64,000 nucleotides of DNA from Candidatus Marinacidobacterales bacterium (GCA_965224085.1 CBDCYI010000011.1:704001-768000), one strand, 5' to 3'. Positions 21,497-31,594 are shown, counted from the stretch's first letter. A program made the numbers and translations. Notes: a model not told the origin generated them from the letters alone.

Positions 21497-21535
21497 GTCA
21501 CGACACCGTCACCCGACTCCTTCTTCACGGCGCCG

Positions 21536-21631
21536 AGTGCGAGCGGAGCGAGCCCGCCCGAATGGGCCGACGGCGGAAAGCCGAGCGAGGAGCGAGGCGC
21601 CAGGCGCGCGAACGACGAGTGAGCGCGCACT
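21536..21631. repeat. GC-rich multi-hairpin intergenic element (REP-like)
   Basis: Closing stem AGTGCGAGC / GCGCGCACT; internal hairpins GCCC..GGGC and CGGC-GGAAA-GCCG; GAGCG repeats. Confidence 0.4.
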
Positions 21632-21727
21632 GAGCTGTTCAATGCCCATCGCGCAACTGAGCGCGGTTTGCTATCCTATTTTCAATCAACCCGAACAACC
21701 GAATAATTCCTTACCCGAAAGGCCAGA

Positions 21728-22351
21728 ATGGGCACACCATCTGTCGACCAGCTTCGGCTCTTGTATATCGTCGACCGCTTTACCCATTCAGGGAACAACA
21801 ACAAGCGCCGTTGGTTGAAGGGTTTGCCCCTATCGGTCCTCGTTTATCACGGTATTGCGAGAAAAATTTTCGACGACTACGACTGGGCACCAAGCCTCGT
21901 CGAGTTCCACGGCGTCAAAATGTATGGGAAAGTCAGCCAGGAGGCCCACGCGGATCTGGAAAAACTCCAGCACGCGCAGCTCTTGGAAAAGCTTCATCTC
22001 TCGACCTGCTTGTACGACTCCATCCGGGCCTATCGCACGACGATGGGAGCTGCCGAAGCACTCGAGGCTCTTCCACTAGAGTGCCGAACGGCACTCGATG
22101 CGCTGCTCTCTTGCGGGCATTGCGGGGCGCTCCAGGAGATCCTGGCCTATATCGAGCGAGCGCGCGGTCATTGGAGCGACGTCCGAAACGCCACCGTGAG
22201 CTTCTGCCCTCGATGCTGCACCGTCAAGAAGCGACCGGAAGGTCCGGTCATTTCGTCGCCCAGGGCTAACGGACGCACGACGATCGATTTCTTCGAAATT
22301 GTGGACGTTGTCTATCGCACGAAACCTGCGGACGCGAGAGGATTCACGTGA
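21728..22351 (+). CDS. Hypothetical protein with C-terminal CxxC...CxxC Zn ribbon
   Basis: 207 aa; CGHC and CPRC; GTGA overlap with the downstream gene. Confidence 0.75.
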   Translation: MGTPSVDQLRLLYIVDRFTHSGNNNKRRWLKGLPLSVLVYHGIARKIFDDYDWAPSLVEFHGVKMYGKVSQEAHADLEKLQHAQLLEKLHLSTCLYDSIRAYRTTMGAAEALEALPLECRTALDALLSCGHCGALQEILAYIERARGHWSDVRNATVSFCPRCCTVKKRPEGPVISSPRANGRTTIDFFEIVDVVYRTKPADARGFT

Positions 22352-23742
22352 GTCACGACCACAAGAACCTGCTCTTCGTCGGTCCGAATCCCTTGGTGAC
22401 CTTGGCGGAATGGATCCCGTTCGGAACCAACAATCTCATCCTGCTCGAAGAGAAGCTCGAAGCCCACAACAAGTGGGGCGAGTGCCTGCTCACGGCGATC
22501 ATCGACGAGGATCCAGAAACATCGACCGTGGAACTCGAAGAGCCCGAGACGAAAGTGATGCCGGTCGACGGAAGAGATGGGGAGTGGATCGCGTTTCAGG
22601 CCGAGGTGAACTACAAAGCCACCGGCGGCGAACATCAAGTCGAGCGTTTTACGACCCGCGTCGCAGAGAGCGGCGTCGTGACCTGTGACCTCGAGCTTCT
22701 CGAGACCAACGGCAATGCTGACCAGCACAGCCTCGACGATATCGCTTCTGTTCTAGCGGATCTCGTCGAGGACACGTCGTCGTTGATGAACACGCTCCTC
22801 AATAACTTTCAGCGGCGCTTGCTCGATCTTGTCTATTGCGACCAGGCGAGCCAGCGTGACAAATACGTTCTTATCCTAGCCAATAGTCTCCTCCCGGAAC
22901 GCGATGTCCAAGACTATTTGGACGATCCCGCCTGCGTAGCCGAGCTCCGGCAGATCATCGGCCGTCCGTTCCGGAGCAATGCCTTCACGCTGAAAGATGG
23001 AAGCAAGTTGATTGCCGGCACGAACGGAGCGCTATTCATTTCGAAAGACGCCGAGTCCTACCGACGGGTGCTCGAGCTCTATTGTTTCGCTCGAAGTATC
23101 CAGGCGTTTTTGACGAACACGTTCTCGCGCATGTGGATGACTTGGGATCGCTTGTCCAAGGTGAAAGAGATGATCCGGGATGACGGCATCCGGAAGATCA
23201 TGGAGATCCAGGACATCATCAGCGACTTGACCGGTGACATCTCGATGTTCGACACCATACTTGCTTACGTGAACCGAAGCGCCGCCCAAGGCGACGAGAT
23301 TCTCCCAGCGATTCGAAACGGGGTCATGGCCGAAGAGGATGACGTGTTGAGCGGGCTCCGGCTCAGCGATGAAGTCGCGAAGCTCAAAAACAGGGTCAAC
23401 GACGCGCACTTGATCGTCGAAGGCCTGCAAAAAGAGATCCAGAGCGTGCGTGCGCTGGCCCACACGCTAGGGGAGAAGGAGACCTATCGCATCAGCCAGT
23501 TCATGAACGTGCTAACCATCGTCTCTGTCATCGTTCTGCCTTTGTCGCTCATTACGGGTTTTTATGGAATGAACTTCCAGGCTTACATGCCTTCGGGGGA
23601 GATGGTAAACCCGTACAACATGCCAGAGCTCTACACGCCCCTCGGCTATTTCGGCGCGATTGGTATCATGTCGCTCATCGCGCTCGTACAAGTGCTCTAC
23701 TTCCGACGCCTCGGCTTCCTCGGTCGGGGCAAACGCCGCTAG
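22348..23742 (+). CDS. CorA-like membrane protein with atypical long N-terminal region
   Basis: Helical stalk, then LTIVSVIVLPLSLITGFYGMNF...MPEL and a second TM helix (CorA GMN signature). Confidence 0.8.
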   Translation: MSHDHKNLLFVGPNPLVTLAEWIPFGTNNLILLEEKLEAHNKWGECLLTAIIDEDPETSTVELEEPETKVMPVDGRDGEWIAFQAEVNYKATGGEHQVERFTTRVAESGVVTCDLELLETNGNADQHSLDDIASVLADLVEDTSSLMNTLLNNFQRRLLDLVYCDQASQRDKYVLILANSLLPERDVQDYLDDPACVAELRQIIGRPFRSNAFTLKDGSKLIAGTNGALFISKDAESYRRVLELYCFARSIQAFLTNTFSRMWMTWDRLSKVKEMIRDDGIRKIMEIQDIISDLTGDISMFDTILAYVNRSAAQGDEILPAIRNGVMAEEDDVLSGLRLSDEVAKLKNRVNDAHLIVEGLQKEIQSVRALAHTLGEKETYRISQFMNVLTIVSVIVLPLSLITGFYGMNFQAYMPSGEMVNPYNMPELYTPLGYFGAIGIMSLIALVQVLYFRRLGFLGRGKRR

Positions 23743-24283
23743 CGCCCGAGCTTTCTAAAAGCCAGTTCAGCAATTGCGGCGTCCTGAGCGCCCACGCCTG
23801 TGAGGTCGCAGACGATGAGCTCGTCCCCCTCGCGACCGGGTTTTTTTCCGGTCACGACATCGCCGAGCTCTGCACTCACGTCGTCCTCGGTCATGAGCTT
23901 CGCCTCCACCGTGTGATGGATCTCCCCGAGGCGCACGCATTGCGAGAAACGATCCGCGATCACTTTGCCGGCCCGCGCCAGGATCTCGGCGTCGATCTCT
24001 CGTTTGTCGGGGCCGTCAGAGCCCACCGCGAGAATCGTCGCGCGCGGCGACACCGCGGCCGCATCGACGATGGGCGTCCGCGCGGTCGTCACCGTCAGCA
24101 CGAGCGAGAACTCCTCAAGAGCGTCTTCGGGGCCGCTCATATCGCGCAAACGGGATCGCGAGCTCGTCTTCCATCTCGCGGCCATAGCGCTCCACGTGGG
24201 CGGGCGTACGGCTCCAAGCGAAGACGTTCGGCCTGCTCTTCTTGGATGAGCTCACGCTGCTCGGACTCGGTGACAGCGCGCAC
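23739..24283 (-). pseudogene. Ornithine cyclodeaminase / mu-crystallin family, internally deleted and frameshifted
   Basis: VRAVTESEQRELI start, mid piece VFAWSRTPAHVERY, C-terminal AVGSDGPDKRE...DLTGVGAQDAAIA, in different frames. Confidence 0.75.
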
Positions 24284-24285
24284 GG

Positions 24286-24735
24286 CTAGTCGATCCTCTC
24301 CATGCGAAAGGGTTTCACGCCTTCGATCCGGATCCGGTCGCAAGCTTCCGCGAAGCCGTCGAGGTTGTCTACGATGCGTCCGAAGAGATTCATCGCGACG
24401 GGACCGGTCGGCATACTGGGTCGAGCGCCGCGGCCATAAAACAACGCGATCTCCGAGAAGTCATCGGGCCAGCCGGCGATCCGTCCACCGTCGACGCAGT
24501 AATAGCCGATGTCGCCGATTTGCGATTGCGTCGTCTGGTTTTCCGGAGCGATTCGGATCTGGGGATCGATGGGAAGATAGGTTTCCGGTCCGGACCAAAT
24601 CGCGTGATAGAGCGTGCCGTCGAAGGGCAGGGCTTGCCAAAGCGCCGAACACGTCTCGGGGGCGTCGCGCTCGAGCAGCTCGGCGGAAGCGACGACACTG
24701 TCCTGGGCAAAGGTCAGCCTGGTCCGTTTCAGCAT
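24286..24735 (-). CDS. DUF3830-like (cyclophilin-like fold) protein
   Basis: APETC.ALW..LP....HAIWSGPE, ENQT, EIALFYGR. Confidence 0.75.
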   Translation of the reverse strand: MLKRTRLTFAQDSVVASAELLERDAPETCSALWQALPFDGTLYHAIWSGPETYLPIDPQIRIAPENQTTQSQIGDIGYYCVDGGRIAGWPDDFSEIALFYGRGARPSMPTGPVAMNLFGRIVDNLDGFAEACDRIRIEGVKPFRMERID

Positions 24736-25147
24736 GTGAGGATTTCCCTACACCTTGCGGGGGGAATTTAACATGATCTAGGACACTGTATCTCGAGTGT
24801 ATCGTGCATAGAGTGCGAGGCGTTGCCCGTGCGGATGGCTGGACTGGCGTGCAGGACGCTTGGCGGGTTCGGACATCTGCCCGCCGGCAACGACGCTTGT
24901 GGGGACGTACGACGCCGAATGGCTGCGTTCACCTCAGGCGGGAGGGGGCGGCCGGGCCGGCCTCAAATCTTGTTTGAGCTCATTTGTCCGTGCCGTCTCC
25001 TCTTTATTTCTCGATTCGGCCCCGCGCCACATTATCGTGAATTAGTGGCGGCTCTGTGACCGGACGAGTATGCGTCGGATCCAGTTTCGAATTTCGAGAG
25101 CGCGTTGGGACCGTTTCGTGAACTTGTCGAGCTAGAGTGCCATCAGG

Positions 25148-25984
25148 ATGCCGCGATCGTATAGACGTTTCGGACCGTGGGCCTTCGGGTTCTTCGTGGT
25201 TGGAGCCGTAGTGGTTTGCCTCTCCTCTCGAGATCGGGTCGAGGGCTCGCTTGCGGCGAGAGCGACCGACGATGTTGAACCGCGCCGGCCCGTCCTGCTC
25301 GAGCTGTTTACCTCGCAGGGATGTTCGAGCTGCCCTCGAGCGGACGCCTTGCTGACGGAGTTCGCTGAGACGCAACCTTTCGCAGGGGTGGAGCTCATCC
25401 CACTCTCGCTTCATGTCGATTATTGGAACCGATTGGGTTGGACCGATCCTTTCTCGCATCCGAAGTTCAGCGGAAGGCAACGCGACTACGCCGATAGTCT
25501 TCCGGAGCGCGGCCGGGTCTACACACCCCAGCTCGTCGTTGACGGCAGATTCGGGATCGTAGGAAGCGATCGGTCCGGTGCCCGCCGCGCCGTTGCATCG
25601 CTCGCCAAAGAGCCTTATGTCCGGCTCATCGTGAAACCGCGGAAAGCTCCGGGAGTCACCGAAATCGAGGTCGATGTCCAAGCTGAGCCCGACCCTCGTT
25701 TTGCCGATCGTGACGCGGAGCTCTTTGTCGCGCTCACGGAAGACGGGTTGACGTCCGACGTGCCGCGCGGTGAGAATGCCGGGCGTCGCCTGGCGCATAC
25801 TTCCGTCGTTCGCATCCTCGAGTCACTGGGAACGGTGACGTTGTCCGCGCATGAGTCCGCTACCCGGACTGTTCGACTATCGCTCGAGCGAGAGTGGAGC
25901 CCCGATGAGCTTTACGTTGTCGCCTGGCTACAAGACCAGCGCAAACGCGTCGTCTTGGGCGCAACGCGCGCGTACCCGTTTTAG
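25148..25984 (+). CDS. DUF1223 thioredoxin-like protein
   Basis: ELFTSQGCSSCP, HVDYW..LGW.DPF, YTPQ and RGENAGR.L.H motifs. Confidence 0.9.
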   Translation: MPRSYRRFGPWAFGFFVVGAVVVCLSSRDRVEGSLAARATDDVEPRRPVLLELFTSQGCSSCPRADALLTEFAETQPFAGVELIPLSLHVDYWNRLGWTDPFSHPKFSGRQRDYADSLPERGRVYTPQLVVDGRFGIVGSDRSGARRAVASLAKEPYVRLIVKPRKAPGVTEIEVDVQAEPDPRFADRDAELFVALTEDGLTSDVPRGENAGRRLAHTSVVRILESLGTVTLSAHESATRTVRLSLEREWSPDELYVVAWLQDQRKRVVLGATRAYPF

Positions 25985-27113
25985 TAAGAGAGTGCCAGCG
26001 CAACGTATTCCTGTTCCAACCGTTCGATCGTCATGCGCGTGCTTGCCAAAAGAAAATTAACCACGTCGTCGTTTCGTTGAAGTCGGCCACTATTAACCCT
26101 AATCGCAAAATCTTCGAAGCACGAAAACGCGAAACAGCCGCACTTGGGCGCAGGCGAGAAGCTCGTGCTGGGGCACCCGCTCGCCGCCACTATAGGTGAT
26201 TCTGCACGGTGTATGCAGAACCTGGAAAAGGTGCTATTCACGGGGCCAAAGACCTCAGACACGGTGACGTTTATTTGCGATTAGGGTTAAGTCCATCGAT
26301 GAGCTCTGACATAGTGGACGGATGTTTCGCAAAAAGGTAGAAAATTAGCATTCCGGCTTGAGAGTAAACCTGACTGGCATCGCGTCCATAGAAGGTGTTT
26401 CGCGACATTCGTAGTAATGTTCCTAGCGGAACCAGCCCTTTTCCGTGCCAGGCGTTGAAATTTGTCTTCAACCAATCGATTGGCTCTGAAACAACGAGGT
26501 CATCCCCGATGAAGTGCCCCGATTCGTAGTACATACCGGTACCTTCCTTGATCCACGGGTTGTCTTCAGACGCTTCATAGGTGAAGAAAAGAAAACTGTG
26601 GCCGATTTCGTGGAGTTGCGTTGCAAAATCCGGTATTCGGAAGGGCACGATAAACCATCGGTAGAACCGCTCCGATTCATCGAAGCAAGTTGTTACCTGC
26701 CTACCTCCTGGAATTACGATGGATGGACAGAAAGCGAAGACTCGCTGATATAAAGAAACATTCTCCGTATAGTACAGTTCAATGCGTCGGCCGGGCGACC
26801 GAGCAAAAACTCGCGAGAAGAACCGCCATACATTGTCCGCGTGATCCGCGTGCTCTCTCGAAAAATTCTCGCTGATGTCTGAGCGCACCTGGACGCTCCC
26901 CTTGTCGGAACGAAAGGGGTACAGTGCGAATAGATCTTCCAGCCGGTTCGGTTCGGGAATAGCCGAGGTTTCCGCTCTCCCCTTGGGCTGCACTTGTGTG
27001 ACCTGCGCGGGTCCATGAGCGCGGGCTGCAACGGAGCCGCTGCTCGAGACGGGCGGAGGTGTCAAGAGAATGCCGGAAAGAACGAGCGCGATGCCTGCAC
27101 TTCGGTTAGCCAT
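25981..27113 (-). pseudogene. Secreted HEXXH (gluzincin-like) metallopeptidase-like gene interrupted by a MITE
   Basis: LHEIGH...WIKEG motif; removing 26097-26286 plus one TTAA fuses ORF 26271..27113 in frame to the tail of ORF 25981..26262. Confidence 0.8.
26097..26286. mobile_element. 190-bp MITE with IS1380-type ends and TTAA TSD
   Basis: Perfect 13-bp TIR CCCTAATCGCAAA / TTTGCGATTAGGG; TTAA at 26093-26096 and 26287-26290; TIR identical to the IS1380 end at 12175. Confidence 0.92.
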
Positions 27114-27134
27114 CGTCGATTTTACATTTGCCGA

Positions 27135-27625
27135 TTAGGCGTCCAGATTTATCCAGGATGTTTTTACCTCGGTATATTTGTCGAGTGCCAAAAGTGACTT
27201 GTCATAGCCGCTACCGGACTGCTTCATACCGCCCAGGGGCACGGTGATATCCGAGCCGCCATAGCAGTTCACGTGAATCAAACCAGACTGTACCTGACGA
27301 ATCATACGGTGCGCCCGGGATAAACCGCGGGTCCAAACCCCGGCGGCCAAACCGAAGGCTGTGGAGTTGGCCAGCTCAACGGCCTGCTGCTCATCTTCAA
27401 ACGGCGTAACCGCCAGGACAGGCCCAAAGACTTCCTCCTGGGCGATGCGCATGTCTGGCCTGACGTCAGTGAAGACCGTCGGGCTCATATAGTAGCCACC
27501 ACTGCTTTCACGGATGCGCTTCCCGCCTGTGCGAAGCACCGCGCCCTCTGTTATGCCCGCATCCACATAGGAGAGGTCGATTTCCAGCTGCTCCAAACTG
27601 TGCACGGCGCCGACATCCGTTGTCA
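27135..27625 (-). pseudogene. Aldehyde dehydrogenase C-terminal fragment
   Basis: QEEVFGPVL, ANSTAFGLAAGVWT and PLGGMKQSG; the N-terminal two-thirds are missing. Confidence 0.85.
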
Positions 27626-27927
27626 TGCGAGGCAAACCGCTTACACACCCAGCAAACGCCATTGGCGGGATGATCCAGCACACCGCAGGCAAGGCCAGTC
27701 TCCTCGATTTTACCGTTGAGATTGGCCCTGGAAGTCAGCCCGATTTTGTAGCCCTTGATCGACCTGCCGGCCGAAATTTTTCGATCCACCCAGCACTTCT
27801 GGATGGCATAGGCCACGTCCAGCGTCATCTCAGGGTGCGAAACGGTCAAGGCCGCAATCTGATAGCGCCGCTCTTCCGCATCGGCTATCTGCGCCGCGAG
27901 CGCCTCGATCTGGGTATCATTCAGCAT
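27626..27927 (-). pseudogene. 2-oxo-hept-3-ene-1,7-dioate hydratase (HpcG/HpaH-like) remnant with internal deletion
   Basis: AYAIQ...GYKIGLTSRA joined directly to NGKIEETGLACGVLDHPANGVCW. Confidence 0.8.
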
Positions 27928-28063
27928 TTCGCCGTTAGTCCTTGTACGCCATTCTCGGGGAGATTAGCAATACAGATCTCGATGTCTGGCAAACCCAACC
28001 GTTAGCTGCCTCGGGGTACCCATCCACGCGGCGCTCCTGTATGATGGGCCGGAGGTGTCGCCC

Positions 28064-29512
28064 ATGCGCTTTGCGCTTTTCGTTTCCGTCATTGGGATCG
28101 CAGCGCCGGCCGCTGCTGTCGCGCAAGCGACGACGGAGCTACTCATCCGCAACGGTGTCATCGTGAACGCCGACGGAACGGCCCGGACGGATTTGCGGAT
28201 CGAGAACGAGACCATCGTTGAGATCGGCCCCAACCTTTCCGCCGGACCCGAAGCGCGCGTGATCGACGCGACTGGGCTGCTGCTGATTCCCGGCGGCATC
28301 GATCCGCATACCCACCTGGCTCCCAACGACAATTACCACGACGACTACGAGAGCGGATCGGCCGCCGCGCTTGCCGGAGGCGTCACGACGATCTCGAATC
28401 AGGTACCGGCCCAGCCCGGCGAAGCACTTACCCTTTCGCTGGATCGCGCCACCGCGCTCGTCCGCACGCAGGCGATTGCCGACGTTTTCCTGCACCCCAT
28501 CGTCCTCGACCCCGCCGCCGAAACCCCTGAGGCGTTGCAGGCGCTCGTCGACTACGGCCAACCGAGCGTCAAAGTACGGCTCCATCGCGGGGCGTACACG
28601 ACCGATCCGTACGGCTATACGACGGGTCTTGCTAACGCGTCCGATGCTGGCGTCGTCACGATGGTGCACGCCGAGGATGGTCCCATCAACCATACGCGCG
28701 CCGAACGGCTCATCTCCGAAGGCCGCGGGTCGATCCACAACTTGATCGAAAGCCGACCGGACGTCTCGGAAGAAGTCGGCGCCCAGCGCGCCGCCGCGAT
28801 GAGCGAAGCCACGGGGGCCCCCGTCTACATCGTCCATCTGGCGGCGAAGCGCGCGCTGGATGTCGCGACCGAGGCGCGGGGCCGCGGTGTCCCCATCTTC
28901 GTGGAAACCCGTCCAGTGTATCTACACTACACCGCCGACGTCTATCAGCAGGAGGACGCAGCGCTCTATCTCGGGGTTCCGCCCATCCGCCCTCAGCGGG
29001 ATCAAGACGCTCTGTGGGAAGGGATCGCCGAGGGAACCGTCCACGTCGTCGGCACCGACCATGTGCCGTACACCAAAGAACACAAGCTCGATCCCACGCA
29101 GAAAGTGGGGCAGGGCAATTTTCAGGCAGGCATGCCAAATCTTCAGGAATACATGCCGATGCTCTATTCGGAAGGCGTCGTCAAAAAGCGCATCACCATC
29201 GAGCGCTTCGTCCAGGTCACGTCGTCGAATCCCGCCAAGCTCTTCGGACTCTACCCGCGAAAAGGCGTGCTCGCCGTCGGCTCCGATGCCGACCTCGCGC
29301 TCTGGGATCCCAACAAGACGCGAACAATCCGAGACGAGGACATGTTGTCGGGCTCCGGCTTTTCGGTCTATGCCGGCTGGGTGGTAACCGGATGGCCTCT
29401 GATCACGATTCGGCGCGGTGAAGTCGTCTACGAAGACAGGAACGTGATCAGCGAGCCCGGCAGCGGAAAACTGCTGGAGCGGAGGAAATGGAACAATCCA
29501 ACCCTTCCGTAG
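28064..29512 (+). CDS. Dihydropyrimidinase/hydantoinase-like amidohydrolase with signal peptide
   Basis: PGGIDPHTH, VHAED, IVHL, GTDH and NPAKLFGLYPRKG..AVGSDAD. Confidence 0.88.
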   Translation: MRFALFVSVIGIAAPAAAVAQATTELLIRNGVIVNADGTARTDLRIENETIVEIGPNLSAGPEARVIDATGLLLIPGGIDPHTHLAPNDNYHDDYESGSAAALAGGVTTISNQVPAQPGEALTLSLDRATALVRTQAIADVFLHPIVLDPAAETPEALQALVDYGQPSVKVRLHRGAYTTDPYGYTTGLANASDAGVVTMVHAEDGPINHTRAERLISEGRGSIHNLIESRPDVSEEVGAQRAAAMSEATGAPVYIVHLAAKRALDVATEARGRGVPIFVETRPVYLHYTADVYQQEDAALYLGVPPIRPQRDQDALWEGIAEGTVHVVGTDHVPYTKEHKLDPTQKVGQGNFQAGMPNLQEYMPMLYSEGVVKKRITIERFVQVTSSNPAKLFGLYPRKGVLAVGSDADLALWDPNKTRTIRDEDMLSGSGFSVYAGWVVTGWPLITIRRGEVVYEDRNVISEPGSGKLLERRKWNNPTLP

Positions 29513-31317
29513 CCGCCCTCGTTCTGGCGAGTGCGGCACTCTTGGCCGCTCCCGTGGAGTCTTCCTACCGACATGCGTCCATCGACGTGGACGGCGTCGA
29601 GGCGCACTACATCGAAGCCGGCGAGGGCGAGCCGTTCCTCCTGATCCACGGCGGACTCGCGTGGTCCTCGGGCGAAGCCAACTATGCGGAGCTGATGGCG
29701 CCGCTGAGCGAGCACTTTCGCGTTATCGCCCCCGACGTGATTGGCTTCGGCCGGACAGCGCCGCGTGGAGCTCGAGACTATTCGGGCCAAGCCCAGGGAG
29801 ATTTCCTGATCGGCTTCATCGAAGCGCTCGGTCTCGGCCCGGTGTCTCTCACCGGCAACTCACATGGCGGATTCCTCGCTCAATACATCGCGCACAAACG
29901 GCCGGACCTCGTGCGCCGACTCGTCATCACCAACTCCTTGAACGGGACGGTTCCGATCCCTTCGCTTCCGGAAGGCGGGGGCTATATCTATGCGGCCGGT
30001 GGGCACCAGTACCAGGCGATGACGAAGGACGAGATCCACGCGATGCTCTTGAGCTACTACCAGCATCGCGAGCTCGTGACCGAGGCGAGAGTTGACCTCG
30101 TGGTCGACAACTACCAGCGGAACTGGGAATACGCCCACGCGCGAGGCACGGCCGTATCGTCTTCGGTGGACGTGCTGAATCGAAATTTGAGCTACGAAGG
30201 AAAACACATCTCGGAGCGCGCGAAGGAGCTTCAGATGCCGGTCCTCCTCATGTGGAGCGAGCCCGGCTCGAAGATCGAATGGGGCCTTCCGCATTTTTTT
30301 ACCGTTCCCGGAGCCGAGATGCATCTTCTTCCTTGGTCCGGTCATCATCTGTTCACCGACCAGAGCGCGCGCTGGGCGCAGGTCGTCACCGACTGGCTGA
30401 CGAACGATCCCGCGCGGCGCCCGGGTGCAAGCGAGCCCGAGCCCAGGGAGACGGGCGGTCACCGCCGCTTCATCGATGTCGACGGCGTCCAGACGCACTA
30501 CGTCGAGGTGGGGCAGGGCCCTCCCTTCGTTCTCGTTCACGGCGGCGGCGCGACGTCCTCCGGCCAGGCCAACTACTACGACGTCATCGTTCCACTCAGT
30601 GAGCACTTTCATGTCATCGCTCCCGACGTTGTCGGCTTCGGCTACACCGCGGGAGGAGCCGGACACTACTCGGGCGAGGCACAGGGCGATCACCTCACGC
30701 GCTTCATCGAGGCGCTCGACGTGGGGCCCGTCTTTCTCAACGGGAATTCGCACGGTGGATTTCTGGTTCAATACGTCGCCCTGAAGCGACCCGACCTCGT
30801 TCGAAGGCTGGTCATCACGAACAGCCTGAACGGGACGTTTCCGATCCCCTCGCTACCCGAAGGCGCCCCGTATATCTACGCGCCCGGCGGGCACCAATAT
30901 CCCGAGCGCACCATCGAGGGGACCCGGGCGTCGCTCGAAACGTTCTACCAGCACGAAGACCTCGTGACCGAGGAGCGCGTCCGGCTCGTCCACGACCTCT
31001 ATGAAAGAAACCACGCCTATGCTCACGAGAGAGGACTGGCTGTCTCGAGCACCGTGGACGCTTTCAACACGAACCTGAGCTACCAGGGAAGGCACATCAC
31101 CGAGTGGGCCGCGGAGCTCGAGATGCCGGTCCTGCTGTTGTGGAGCGAGCCGGGCTCCAAAATCGAGTGGGGTCTGTCGCACTTCTTCCGGGTCCCGGGT
31201 GCAGAGATGCATCTGTTTCCCTGGTCGGGCCATCATTTGATGGCGGACCAGAGAGATCGCTGGGTACAGGTCGTGACCAACTGGCTTTCGAACGAACCTG
31301 CTCGTCGACCAAATTGA
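29488..31317 (+). CDS. Exported tandem alpha/beta-hydrolase (two similar domains)
   Basis: GNSHGGFL, ITNSLNGT.PIPSLPEG, WSEPGSKIEWG and WSGHH each occur twice. Confidence 0.85.
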   Translation: MEQSNPSVAALVLASAALLAAPVESSYRHASIDVDGVEAHYIEAGEGEPFLLIHGGLAWSSGEANYAELMAPLSEHFRVIAPDVIGFGRTAPRGARDYSGQAQGDFLIGFIEALGLGPVSLTGNSHGGFLAQYIAHKRPDLVRRLVITNSLNGTVPIPSLPEGGGYIYAAGGHQYQAMTKDEIHAMLLSYYQHRELVTEARVDLVVDNYQRNWEYAHARGTAVSSSVDVLNRNLSYEGKHISERAKELQMPVLLMWSEPGSKIEWGLPHFFTVPGAEMHLLPWSGHHLFTDQSARWAQVVTDWLTNDPARRPGASEPEPRETGGHRRFIDVDGVQTHYVEVGQGPPFVLVHGGGATSSGQANYYDVIVPLSEHFHVIAPDVVGFGYTAGGAGHYSGEAQGDHLTRFIEALDVGPVFLNGNSHGGFLVQYVALKRPDLVRRLVITNSLNGTFPIPSLPEGAPYIYAPGGHQYPERTIEGTRASLETFYQHEDLVTEERVRLVHDLYERNHAYAHERGLAVSSTVDAFNTNLSYQGRHITEWAAELEMPVLLLWSEPGSKIEWGLSHFFRVPGAEMHLFPWSGHHLMADQRDRWVQVVTNWLSNEPARRPN

Positions 31318-31419
31318 GGACTTTGCCCGCATGCGTTTTGCCGTGCTCGGGGTCGTCGACCGATTGCAAGGCTTACTTGACCGCGGAGTGTACGGCCTCT
31401 AAATCTAAGCTGCGTCATC

Positions 31420-31550
31420 ATGCGAGAGCTCTTATTCAAGATACTGGAACGGCTCCGCGCAGGCGAGTGGATCCCGCGGTTGGTCGTCCGAACGACCATC
31501 GGCTTCATGTTCTTCGGTTCGGGGCTCAACAAGCTCCTCGAGCTCACAAT
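31420..31550 (+). pseudogene. DoxX-family membrane protein N-terminal fragment
   Basis: WIPRLVVRTTIGFMFFGSGLNKL, then loss of similarity. Confidence 0.55.
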
Positions 31551-31594
31551 ATCGCGTGACCCTGAGCCACCTGAAGGAAAAACCGCTGACCGGA

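Noticed and set aside
24780-25145. Possible ncRNA or small genes in a long divergent intergenic region
   Set aside because: No recognisable RNA motif or convincing ORF
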